Source: Neodothiora populina (taxonomy: Eukaryota). From it: a DNA stretch of 64,000 nucleotides. Location: contig NW_027191410.1 of the NCBI RefSeq assembly GCF_041146345.1, forward strand, positions 1,302,001-1,366,000, in the 5' to 3' direction. Shown piece by piece: positions 51,199 through 61,580 of the stretch. The notes beneath the pieces were generated by a model. The model made no database searches. It worked only from the letters and a program-made list of their open reading frames with translations, and was not told where the DNA came from. Made by a program: the position numbers and the translations under genes. Numbering within the stretch: the first letter of the stretch is position 1; the number at the start of each line of letters is the position of its first letter.

Positions 51199-53061
51199 TC
51201 ACTCGCTGACCATCATTGAGCTACTCCCAGACATCTTGCTCTTCTTCGTAATGGTAGTCGAAGTACGAAGTCCAGACGAAGAAGAAGAAGACTGCGCGTG
51301 AAGGCGTGCGGCTGCACTCTCTTCAAAACGCTCGAGCTCGCGACACTTCTCCTCATACTTGGAATAGGCATCATCACGCTCACGGTCTGCAGCAGTCCTC
51401 GCAGCTATGACTTGTTCCTTTTGCTCGCGAGCCTCACGCAACATCGTGCGCATGCTTTCCAATTCGAATTCGACCTCGGCGCTTTCGTCCTGGGTGATGG
51501 TCTCTGTGACCTCCTCGAGCTCTTCGCGAGAGCGGCGCAACTCCTCGTGCAAAGCCTCGCGTTGGCCCCTAATTGCGAAGATCTCGTTCTGGAGAAGGAC
51601 AATCCTGCCCTTGAGCTCGATGAGTTGGTCACTCAGGCCGGTGTTCTTCGTCTGCCAATCAAGCTTTTCGCGCTCGAGGGCCTTAATAGTTCCACTCAAT
51701 AGAGTCATCTCAGGGCGAGCATCAACGACAATCTGCTCGGTCTTCTGGGTAGCTTCGGTGAGAAGGTTGATCTGTCTCTTGCCCGCATCGACCTTTGCGC
51801 GGGTGTTGGAGAGTTCGCTGTGAAGCTCGTCGCGTGAAATGACAACAAGCTTGTGCTGCTCACGAGAATGCTCGAGAGCCTGCTGCTTCTCGTCCCTGTC
51901 TAGCTCAGTGGCACTGAGCTTGTCTTCCATGAGGGACAAATCACGCTTGAGGTGTTCCATGACGGAGGGTTTCTCCACCAACAAAGCTTGGACCTCGTCA
52001 CGTTCAGCGATAGTAGACTTCAGATCGCGAACCCTGGCATCGACAGCAATGGAGAGTTCATCGCGCTCGGTTTTGACAGAGTGAAGAAGATCCTTCAGCT
52101 TGTTAATCTCACCGTGGGAGTGGCCGAATTTCTCCGACATGACGAGGAGTCCCTAGGCTGACTCCTGCTCCTCAGTGCGAGACTTGCGGATTTCCTCCTT
52201 GAGACGAGTAATCTCCTGGACCTTTTCTTCCTTCTCAAGTTCGAACCTTCTGAGGCGTTCAGCAGAAATTGATGCCTCCTTGCGCAACGTGTCCAAAGTG
52301 GTAGTGACCTCGTCAAACTTCGAGCTGATCTCAGTGCGCTCAAGTGTGACTCTGCGGAGATCGTGCTGATATCTTTCAACATCCTCCTTTGCACCATCTC
52401 GCTCATTCAGTGCGACCCTAAGCGACGACTCATTGGACTGGGAATCGGATCTGAAACGATCGACCTAGGAGCGGAAAGTTGCGGCAAGCTCTTGCTGGCT
52501 GATGAGCTCGTTGCGCAGTCTATTGATGTGCAGGTCGCGATCGGCAATCTTAGTCTTCTCGGAAGACAGATTATTGATGGCGGATGTGAGCTCATTGGAG
52601 AGTGTTCGAAGCTTCTCCTTGTGCTCTCCAAGCTCATTCTCGTTCCTCGACTCGAAGTTGGCCTTGGTTTCCAGCTCGTATGTTACTTCTTCGATCTGCT
52701 CACGCAAGTCCTCCCGCTCGCCGGCGAAGTTGCGACGCTCAGCGGCCATTTGGGTCCAGAGGTCTTTCAAGGAAATCGCCTCTCTCGAGGCACTAGAGAC
52801 CAAGTCCAAGAATGCGAAGAACTTGGCTTCTGCCTGAGCTGTGTTCTCCATCGCCATTGAGTTACGGAAAGACGATGCCAAAGCGCTTTGGCGGCGCGAC
52901 GCGGTAGAAGTCGAGCGGCGAACAGCACGAGAGCTCGAAGACCCGGAAGCAGAACGCGTATGCTCATTGTAGCCCGATCCTTCGCGGCCTCCAACGGTGT
53001 ATGTAGACTGAGACCTGCTGAGGACTGCGTCGATAGGAAGTGCTGCTCGAAGCTTGTCCAT
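51199..53061 (-). pseudogene. Long coiled-coil protein gene interrupted by two in-frame TAG codons
   Basis: One continuous 621-codon frame with TAG at 52465-52467 and 52153-52155. The segment between them reads VDRFRSDSQSNESSLRVALNERDGAKEDVERYQHDLRR.. in the same frame, with coiled-coil character throughout. Confidence 0.8.
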
Positions 53062-53775
53062 GGTGAAGCTACCCTCTACAGGCGAGTCGGGTTTGTTTTA
53101 AGGAAGAGTGGGATCCATGATGAAGTTGGGGATATTGTAAGAGCGTGAATGGTAATGTGAATGGTATAAAAATGATTGACTTGGGATGGCCACGAGCCGT
53201 ATATAGCTACATTCATCCCAGCATTTCCGCACATTCTTTTGTCAGAGGATATCCGTCGCTCAATACGATACTTACATGACGTTGCACCCTACTGAATGAT
53301 CGCTCATATCCGTAGCTTGACAAATCTCGCTTGAGACTGCTCTGTAGAAAGAGAATGGTCCCCTGATCCGCGACCGATCTTTTGATGCAGATGCTAGACG
53401 ATCGCGGACCGAAGCAGTTCGTCCATATCCTGCTTGACAAGCTGGCAGCTTGACGTGTCAGCTGTCGTCGGAGTGTTCACATCAGAGTTCGACTCTGCAT
53501 GCATTTGTTCCGTGTTAGGCTTCAGCTAGCACTCCAATTTATGCTTTTCCATGCACGTGGACGTTACAGTATAGCTCACAGTGCTTAGACACTCGTTGCT
53601 TCATCTGACTCGGAGGCCTAAGAGAGAAGTCGAATAATAAGCTACCGTGCCCAGATAGTCGGGTTACGTCAATGTCATGACACGTATATCATGCTGGAAG
53701 GTGTGAACAAAATATTGAAAAGTAGATACTAGACTTGTTCAGTCCTCTCATTACTAAGCATGGTATCATGCGTTT

Positions 53776-54425
53776 ATAGCGGCAGGTATACTACACTTTG
53801 TTTTGACGTTGCACCGTAAGTCAGACCTTGCAAGGAAGAGGACGCGTTGCGCGTTGAAATACTCAACGTCTAGCCTTCGGGACCCGGATGGTATGATACA
53901 TTCACCGCTTTCAGCGGTTCTGAATGATGAATTTGAGCAGGTCGATGTGGCCTAGCCAGGCCATTGCTGCGCCGTGGGCTTCTACGGGGCCAAAGGCTTC
54001 AAAGGCGGTGATGAATTCGTCTGACCAGGTTGGCTGGGCGGGGATTTAGAGGTCGATGTTCGAGGCTGAGGCTGCGGCTTGGAGGCCGTCGACTCGCCAT
54101 TTCGTGCCTTGAGAGAGCGCGAGGAGTGCTTGGAACCGTGGTATCTATGTTAGAATTGATTTTCGAGTGTCAATGGCTAGACAATGGCATTGCTTACACC
54201 CAAGGTGGAGTTGCCAGCGGAAAGATCCTCCCCAATGGATAGGTCCTGTTCAGGTTGAGCCGGCTCTTCTGCCACGACGGCCGGCGCCTCAAACACATCT
54301 TCATCCACCCGCCATGCTTTGTAGTGTCTCCGACCTGGAGTGGCCTGTCTGTATGCGAAGAGAGAAATAAGAGTGAAGACGACGATCAAGGTGAGCACTA
54401 CGCCCAAAGACCTGCTTCGCGTCAT
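53776..54425 (-). pseudogene. Glycosyltransferase family 25-like pseudogene (type II membrane anchor)
   Basis: TM anchor, AGNSTLG, intron, FQALLALSQGTKWRVDGL..DL*IPAQPTW..AMAWLGHIDLLKFIIQNR*. Stops at 54046-54048 (TAA) and 53911-53913 (TGA); likely acceptor reads CGG instead of CAG; EDD region not found. 3' end approximate. Confidence 0.7.
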
Positions 54426-55583
54426 GTGCGCGATCCATTTCGGGCAGGTGAGTAAGGATGTCAGAGCAGATCAAGAACAAATCTCCGAATTGAGGCTCTA
54501 TTGGGAAGAAAAGAAGGATAGAGTGCAGGGACGGCGGTGAGCTTAAATTGATTATGTTTACCTAAGGTACGTTATACCAGATATGCGAGTCTCATATAGC
54601 AAGGTAGATCAGAAGTGGGGAGGGATGGAAAAGGTCAAGCCCATCCACTCAACACCCTTCTTACACCAACTTACCGTTAACCCAACCAACATGGATAGGA
54701 GCATTGGGGCTGCTGGCCATGACGTCGAAAATCTCGCTTATCTGCAGCGCCCGTTGACAGCGCGAAAATTTCATATCTTGGTTTCTTTCATCGTCTCAAA
54801 GGGGGCGCACAAATGACGAGACGGGATATGGGGAAACAGGCTGAGGTTGAAGGATCACAAGGGCGAGGCAGCGCCGAAAAGGCGGCCGGCCATGATTCGA
54901 GCGAAGGCCAGGCCGCTTGGCGCCCCGAGAGGCATTGATAGGAGGATAGGAGGCTCTCGAGATAGATTTGTTGTTGGTGACGTCGCCGACAAAGAAACAT
55001 ACAGGTACCTACTCTCATTACTACGACGAGATAAGTTGATGTCTTGATGACAAGACTTTGTGGAGCAGGGTAAGGAACACGAAGGGCCGCGAAAAGGTTT
55101 GGGGTGTTGAAGCATAATGTATGAGTCGTGAGGCTCACATAAGCAAAACATTAACCGAGGCGAATCGCCAGCCTTGTCAGAGAGTTCCAGGCCGATCGTT
55201 TCGAGGCCCAGCTCTGCTTCATCATCAGCGAGCATCTTCTTGTCAACGAGTCACAGAAGTCTGAACACTACAGCACAACATGATGATGCTGCTTGCGTAC
55301 AACGAGGATGTTGGAGAATATATCGGCTTATTGTGGCCAAGGCTGCGTTCATGAAAGAGGGGTAGGTTGGTAATACCATATATCTTGGTATTAACGATAA
55401 GTATATGTACTGCAAGCTCTGCGTTGCCCGCGCTTCTATCTCTCTTCCATTCATCACGAAGTGACAGCTTTCATGTCGTCTCAAAATGGTCAACAACCCT
55501 GTGAACACTGACGATTGGACGTCCATCATTGAAACATGCCTTGTAACGTCTGCCAAAATCATATCCTGTCTGTCGTTGGAAGT

Positions 55584-56570
55584 CTACTCGAGCTGTCTCC
55601 AGAAGTCTCCGATCAGTTTTGCAACCTCGGGCACCTTCTCCCTGACTACCGCATGTCCCACTTGCGGAACAACATGAACATTCTCAAACCCAGCCCCTTG
55701 CAGATCTTCTTCGCAACATAAATCATCCAGCTCGCCAAGCACGACCAATGAACGAACACCAGTCTTTGCCGCCTGAGCAAACTCAGCCTGTCGATCCAGA
55801 GCACCTCCATCCCTGGAGATAGCAATCACGGAAGACGTATGGCCCTTATGCCAACGTGTCTGCCACTCACGCACAGCTTCGGCCACAACTTCGCCTCGTT
55901 GTATGCGCTGCTTAGCATCGAGGGGTACGATCAGATCTCCACCCTCCAAGAAGTGCAGGACTCATGCCTGGGCGGCATCTTCAAGACCTTCGCCACCTTT
56001 GAGGTACTCTCGCTGCTGCTCTGCGAACTCTGATGACCGTATGAAGCCGGCAGGTGCAACAAGCGCCATACTTTCGACGCGGTGAGGCTGTTTCGCAACA
56101 TAGGTAGCTGTCACAGCACAGCCAAACGAGAAAGACACAAAGTGTGCCGAGACCCAACTCAAGCGATCGAGCAGAGCGTCTAGCAGCGCGTGGAAGAGCG
56201 CCGGTTCATGAGGGGCTATCGGCGTCTCGCTCAGTCCATGGCCCCAGAGATCAAACAGGACGCAGTGCGAGTGCGGGAAGGCGGTGTGTAGCTTTCGCGC
56301 TAGAGGTAGCATGCCCAACGCAGGTGTTTGAACGCCATGGATGAAGACGGGGCGATTAGGTGGACCTAATAGAGCTTTCTCGGTGGAGCTTGGTAACAGC
56401 TCGTATAATACTGCTTTGCCATATGTTGTGCTGATGGACTGCGCTGGTGGCAGCAATGTGCCGAATGCCTCTGTAAAGGCCGATTCTGCCGGTGCTTGTA
56501 TCGAGTGTACTGGGGTCTTGACTGGCGGCCCAGGCCGTGGCAAGACCAACTGACCAAAGAGGATTGACAT
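55584..56570 (-). pseudogene. Alpha/beta-hydrolase with one in-frame premature TGA
   Basis: FIHGVQTP, FDLWGHGLS, SFSFG (G-x-S-x-G site altered), LVAPAG, GELDD, VGHAVV. TGA at 55962-55964 in AQA*VLHFLEGG; the frame continues to 55584. Confidence 0.8.
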
Positions 56571-56896
56571 GTCCGTATCTACTCGTAGATGCTTGCTGTT
56601 CTTGAATCCGCCGTTGTTCAATTGCAATCGGGGGAGGATACCTTGAGGTCGCGCGTATCGGTCCGTCTGCCTTTATGTCCGACGATGCTCGACTTTGTAA
56701 CTTGTCCAGTTCTGAGTAAGTTCTCGATAGGATACTTATCTCCAGGCAGCCATACTCCACAGATATGATACGTACATATTTACTAACTATAGGACAAATG
56801 GATGTGAGGGCTCACCCCCATGTTTCTGCTGTTGTAATTAGTTCAAATTTTGCGGGGAAATCCAGAAAGTGCTCTCACCCCTATTATCTACCCAGT

Positions 56897-57230
56897 ATTG
56901 ATTGATTGATTGATTGATTGATCTATCAAGCTATTCACGGTCTTGTCGTCTGTATGAGCTGTCTAATGTCGTTCCCTCGTTTTCTTGCCTGTTGCTTAGC
57001 CTCACGGATGATAAAAGAAGAACAATATAATGCTTAACGCTCCTTATTCCCTAATCGCTACCCTCCTGTTGCTGTAGAGGGATAGCTGCCATCCTGGTTG
57101 TCTGTTAAAGGAACCGGACCGTCGCTTTCACAATTTTCAAATTCGGTCTCCACCTCTCGAGCGGGCCATTTACTAGCTGATCTGTGCGCATTTCTCTTTT
57201 CTTACTGTACCTGTAATAGCATAGGTGACC
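56897..57230 (-). mobile_element. 3' remnant of a Tad1-like LINE with (CAAT)6 tail
   Basis: Minus strand reads YSKKREMRTDQLVNGPLERWRPNLKIVKATVRFL*QTTRM, like the C-terminus of fungal LINE ORF2, followed by a 3' UTR and a tandem tail (ATTG x6 at 56897-56920 on +). Confidence 0.75.
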
Positions 57231-57630
57231 CGTGCTTTGGGTCGCCAAGTAGGGGTCTGGATGCCTTAGGCGTCGACCCTTTCGTCCGAACCCCGCTTAC
57301 AGTACCGCATGCTTGTAGCATGCGGGCCGCATGCGCGGTATTCACTATATGAGAGGGGTGTCCCCTCATTGCCTATTGAAGGCAACGATTAGTCTTGATT
57401 TTATAGGACATCTATTCCTATAGGAGGACCATACGTTGCTACACTTAGTTATTCCGTTACATCTAGTCTACTAATATAGAATGACGGGGTTTTATAAGGT
57501 AGACTATAAAGAGCCACCTTCAGGTAGCGAAACTGTTTTGCCTCGCCGCCGCCCTACGGCGCTATCGGCTCTATATAGTTATTGTTTAACCTTTTGTTGC
57601 GCTAGAAGCTCAACCTTAAAAGGGGGATAC

Positions 57631-57828
57631 TGTCACGGTGTAGTTGTTAACTACCAAGACACCTGAGTTAGTATAGGTCACGTGACCTATACTCCTGACT
57701 CGTGGCTTCAACGCTGTACTTCTCTGTCCTCGACCTAGTACTGTCTTTCCTCCCCTGTCTACGTCTCGTCATATAACTTGGACCCATATCTACGTACTGA
57801 TCTTTATTCCTGACTCCGAACCATGACA
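57631..57828 (+). mobile_element. 198-bp LTR (Gypsy-like 3' LTR) preceded by a polypurine tract
   Basis: TGTCA..TGACA termini; AAAAGGGGGATAC immediately upstream; about 92% identical to the inverted copy at 58075-58272 (15 mismatches by hand count). Confidence 0.82.
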
Positions 57829-58074
57829 ATTAACCTATCTGGTCCTAGTGAGCACATAGCTGTTTTACCGCGGCTTAATTGCTATGATTGAGATGCTAGC
57901 CCCAGCCGAACGAAACCTGAACTTACCGATCCCGCAAATTAATCCGCGAAAACCCTCGAGACTAAGAGTACTAAAGATGGTACCTCAGGGTCGCCCTAGA
58001 GTATGACAGCTATGTTAAAATTCTCTTCCTATTAGTAACGACTCTGATTAACAACTTTAGAAATGTTCGATTAG

Positions 58075-58272
58075 TGTCAGGGTTCGGAGTCAGGAATAAA
58101 GATCAGTACGTAGATATGGGTCCAAGCTATATGACGAGACGTAGACAAGGGAGGAAAGACAGTACGAGGTCGAGGACAGGGAAGTACGGCGTTGAAGCCA
58201 CGAGTCAGGAGTATAGATCACGTGATCTATACTAACTCAGGTGTCACGGTGGTCAACGACCAAACCGTGACA
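58075..58272 (-). mobile_element. Second 198-bp LTR copy, inverted, lying inside a pseudogene
   Basis: Reverse complement aligns without gaps to 57631-57828; TG..CA ends; no PPT, PBS or matching TSD seen. Confidence 0.82.
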
Positions 58273-59104
58273 CGTCTTGTGTTAATTCTTTGGTTAGAAT
58301 AAGTGATAGAAAATTGGCCGTGATAGGAAGTCGCCAGCGCGGTCTAAAAAGCTCTCCTATCTGCATCGCTGCCTTTAACTGTTCTATCCTTATGCCATGT
58401 TGCCCGACTCTTATGTTTGTGCGCGAATTAAGTACTTCCTTCGCTAAGTAGCATCATAGATCGCCCATCGAATCCTTAAAGCTTGGCTGAAGCAAGAAGA
58501 GATCACAATCTATGAGACAGGATGAGGAGACGATTACACTTCTTTCTTCGATTTTTAGTGCTCCTTGAGCTAGATCTTCTCTAAAGTAGCAAGAAAGAGG
58601 TCCAGAAGCTGTGTTGCGTATGCGTTTCCGCGTAGCTGAAAACTCAGCTAAGCTGGGATTGAAACGGCTATAGAAGTCCATGAGGTCTAAGTCTCGGACG
58701 AACACGCGCTCTGCAAATATAGTAGTGTCTACCACGTAAAGCATTATCTCGTTTAGATCTGTCCCACGACGAGAGCGTCTGTAGCATATGTACTGAATTG
58801 CGAAAAGAAGTGAACTAGTCCAGGAGATCATGTTGCTAGGGTCTCCAGACGAGGAATGCTAACGTAGATGTTCATCGAGCATTGTAGCGACCTGTTCCGG
58901 CCTTTTCCTCTCGAAGATGTCCTTAAATGCCGTGACCTTCTCCAGGCAAGCGGCTTTTGATCGTGTCTAAGTAGGATCCATAGAACTGTCTAAGTGCGAA
59001 TCATAGACTCGAAACAGGTAGCGTGGAAGGGGACTCAGAGCTTTGTCAGTCCTATCCGTGTTACCTAGAGGTTTCAATAGGATGGATTCAGTGACATCTA
59101 TCAT
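58273..59104 (-). pseudogene. Fungal protein with YLFR / SWTSSLLFAIQY motifs (possible ADP-ribosyltransferase-like fold), pseudogenised
   Basis: Single frame PRYLFRVYD..PT*TRS..HLR*HSS..ISWTSSLLFAIQY..QGALKIE..GDL*..RWRLPI. TAG at 58967-58969 and 58859-58861, TGA at 58454-58456; interrupted by the LTR at 58272. Confidence 0.65.
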
Positions 59105-59403
59105 CAGAGCCTACAAGTCAGTCGTCAATTTATCGATGGACATGATGCGTGTATTTAGAGATGTGAGAGCTTGATGGTGGATGGGAAAGTGTGTCAAAAT
59201 GAAGACAGTAGTGTTCAATTGTTTGGTTGAGTAATGTGATAGTTCCGCAGACCGGCCAGAACCGACTGAAGATATAAGGTCCGCGAGAATATCGGGCAGT
59301 GGTTAAAATGCAATCAGACAAGTTCTTTTAGGCGCGTTGCCCAATTGCGATGATGTTGTGCAGGCAGGTATAAGCCGTCAGTGGTTCCAATTGGTTAGGG
59401 GCT

Positions 59404-59422
59404 GTGTGTGTGTGTGTGTGTG
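59404..59422. repeat. (TG)n microsatellite
   Basis: Run of about 9 TG units. Confidence 0.9.
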
Positions 59423-60226
59423 CGTGCGATGGGGAAGGGGATGGGACCGTGGGTAAAATCACATCCAATGATCTACTTCTGACACGGTGTGATAAGCGGG
59501 GATGATCGCTGGCTACCTCCATGTACGGAGCTGGACATCGACGTATCGAGCTATCATCACTGTTAGACTGGTGCTGCCACCTTACGCATCTACTGCGTAT
59601 CATGCATGCCAGTGAAGTAGATAAGTCAACGGGCGACTTTATGATCTGATAGATCTCGGGGTATGTCGCATAAACTGACAAAGTCTTTCACCACTTTCTT
59701 GACCCATGGTGACCATCAAATCAGGTTTATGAGCAACACGAAAGCGGCTTACTGAGTTGACGTCAATTTGCACGTACTGAGCTTGGCAGATCCGGTCATG
59801 TCGAGATTCGGTAGGATTAGATAAACAATGCTTAAAAGTCATAGGTATCTAGCGTTTTGCCGTGGTGGCGTGACTATTACACTAACATGGTCTTCCAGCG
59901 TCTGGTGTTACTCGTTGCTTCATGCGCGTGCTACGATCAATTCTTTCATAGGTCTCTCAGCATACTCTAAGCAGGTACGTTTACAGCCTCCATAATAGGT
60001 CACTAGTTCATAAACCCTGTGTTCTATCGCAAGCAATGACTGCCCACTAACAACCTGGTTCATGCAGTCGCGTCAATCCAATCTAGGTCCGAGTTGATGG
60101 TTCTTTAGGAACAATTTGCTCTGCTAGCAAGTTGATGCAGGGTGATGAACATCACTCAATCACGCATGTGTGAGTGCTCGGATAAAGGCTTTCTCGTTGT
60201 AAGCTAACAGAGTCTATGCTGCAGAG

Positions 60227-61100
60227 ATGTCTCCAAGACTTCTCTTTCTTATTATCTTTCTTGTTCTCGCTAGCACGGTACTGTTTCGTCCCGGATCTCG
60301 GAGCTTTAATAACACCTTCCTGTGCAGAGTATGACGTCTCAGGCGATCCTATCAGCTGTCTCATGGGGAATATCGTGCTCACAATCGACACTGCACATAC
60401 TAAAAAGATCCCATACTACCATATCTGAAAGATCGATGGTCTGCTTCGTTCCTCCAGAGATTTCCATTCGTATGAAACCTGTTTCGGTCTAAACTTTTGT
60501 ATTAAGCCCCTCGTGCATCACTTCTTCACTGGTATCTCTGGCAGTTGGTTTTTAATATTACTTAGCAGAAATGCTAGATTTTGACTGTGACGCTCGACAA
60601 TACTGTTCCGATATTAAACAATGCTTCACAAGACGAGTCCAAGGTAAGGGAAATTAGCTACTACTGACGTTGGGTCTAAATGTGACTTAGTGGATGGTGC
60701 TTCGACTTTGACGCAACGCACTAAGGTCTGTCATTAAATCTTCTAAGGATTATCTTGAACATGCTGCTATAGGAAAGCTTTTTCAACATTGTTCCCTGCA
60801 GCGTTGATAGTCAGTCTAGCACTCTACGGAGATCGATTTTGCAAAGTGTCCTGAAAATCACGCAGGCTTAGAGGAACATGTAGAGTTCGCAAGCGCATGC
60901 CGATTCGTTCCCGTGAGCTTGATCCTCGGCGTCAGACCCAGGAGCTTTGATGTAGAGATGCGTTATTGCTATTTAAAGCCTATACTATGGTACATCGTTC
61001 GTACGCAGGTGTTCTCCATTGCCAATTGTGAACCAGCAGGATTGCCTACTCATGCGATGGGAACCTTGATCTAGAATTGCCGTTCCATCAAAAGAGAAAG
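60227..61100 (+). pseudogene. Possible GT32 (Och1-like) glycosyltransferase relic
   Basis: Anchor MSPRLLFLIIFLVLASTVLF, then KKIPYYHI*K, HHFFT and VPIL fragments resembling the KIP..IWQ / FxTD / PILKAD motifs. Very degraded. Confidence 0.35.
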
Positions 61101-61580
61101 GTGGACATGCAGCGCAAGAGGTATAACACCGTCAGCCGATTTCCTTATCTACATATCAGCGTGTCAAGGCACGAGTAAGTGTGTCGATGTCTGCATGGAT
61201 GTCAAAAGCTATTCAGTGATACATGTAGATTCTCTTAGTCCCTATGATGTCTGTAACAAGGATTAGACTTAATCAGACTGACTTCTCAAACGCTGCAATT
61301 ATGAGGACTTAAGTTTCGCAGCCTAAACACCTGTGAACGAGGTATCTTAGCATATACGCTGATTGCATCTCACTAAGCCTGAAAATGTCGGGAGCAGATA
61401 ACGAAAGTATAGTTTGCCTGTGGTACCGTTACCTATTTATGGCTTGTCCTACAACAGGGGTTGAGATGGACCTGGGTATGGGCAGGCAAAATTATTCCTT
61501 ACTTATATCGCTAATTTTCACTGCTCACTACATAGTCGAATAACACCCAACCACCACTCAGCTTTAATCGTATCCCATTA

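Noticed and set aside
54788..55235. Short minus-strand ORFs with a GLAFARIMAG segment reminiscent of an MFS helix
   Set aside because: Too short and unsupported by other transporter segments.
57631..58272. MITE or DNA transposon with 198-bp terminal inverted repeats
   Set aside because: Each repeat has its own TG..CA ends, one follows a polypurine tract, there is no outer TSD, and the spacer looks like host pseudogene sequence. Two LTRs fit better.
51199..59104. Alternative genetic code (TAG or TGA reassigned) as an explanation for the in-frame stops
   Set aside because: Intact genes in the window terminate with TAG (ALDH, GH20), TGA (SCP2, DAO) and TAA (ICS), so all three stops are functional.
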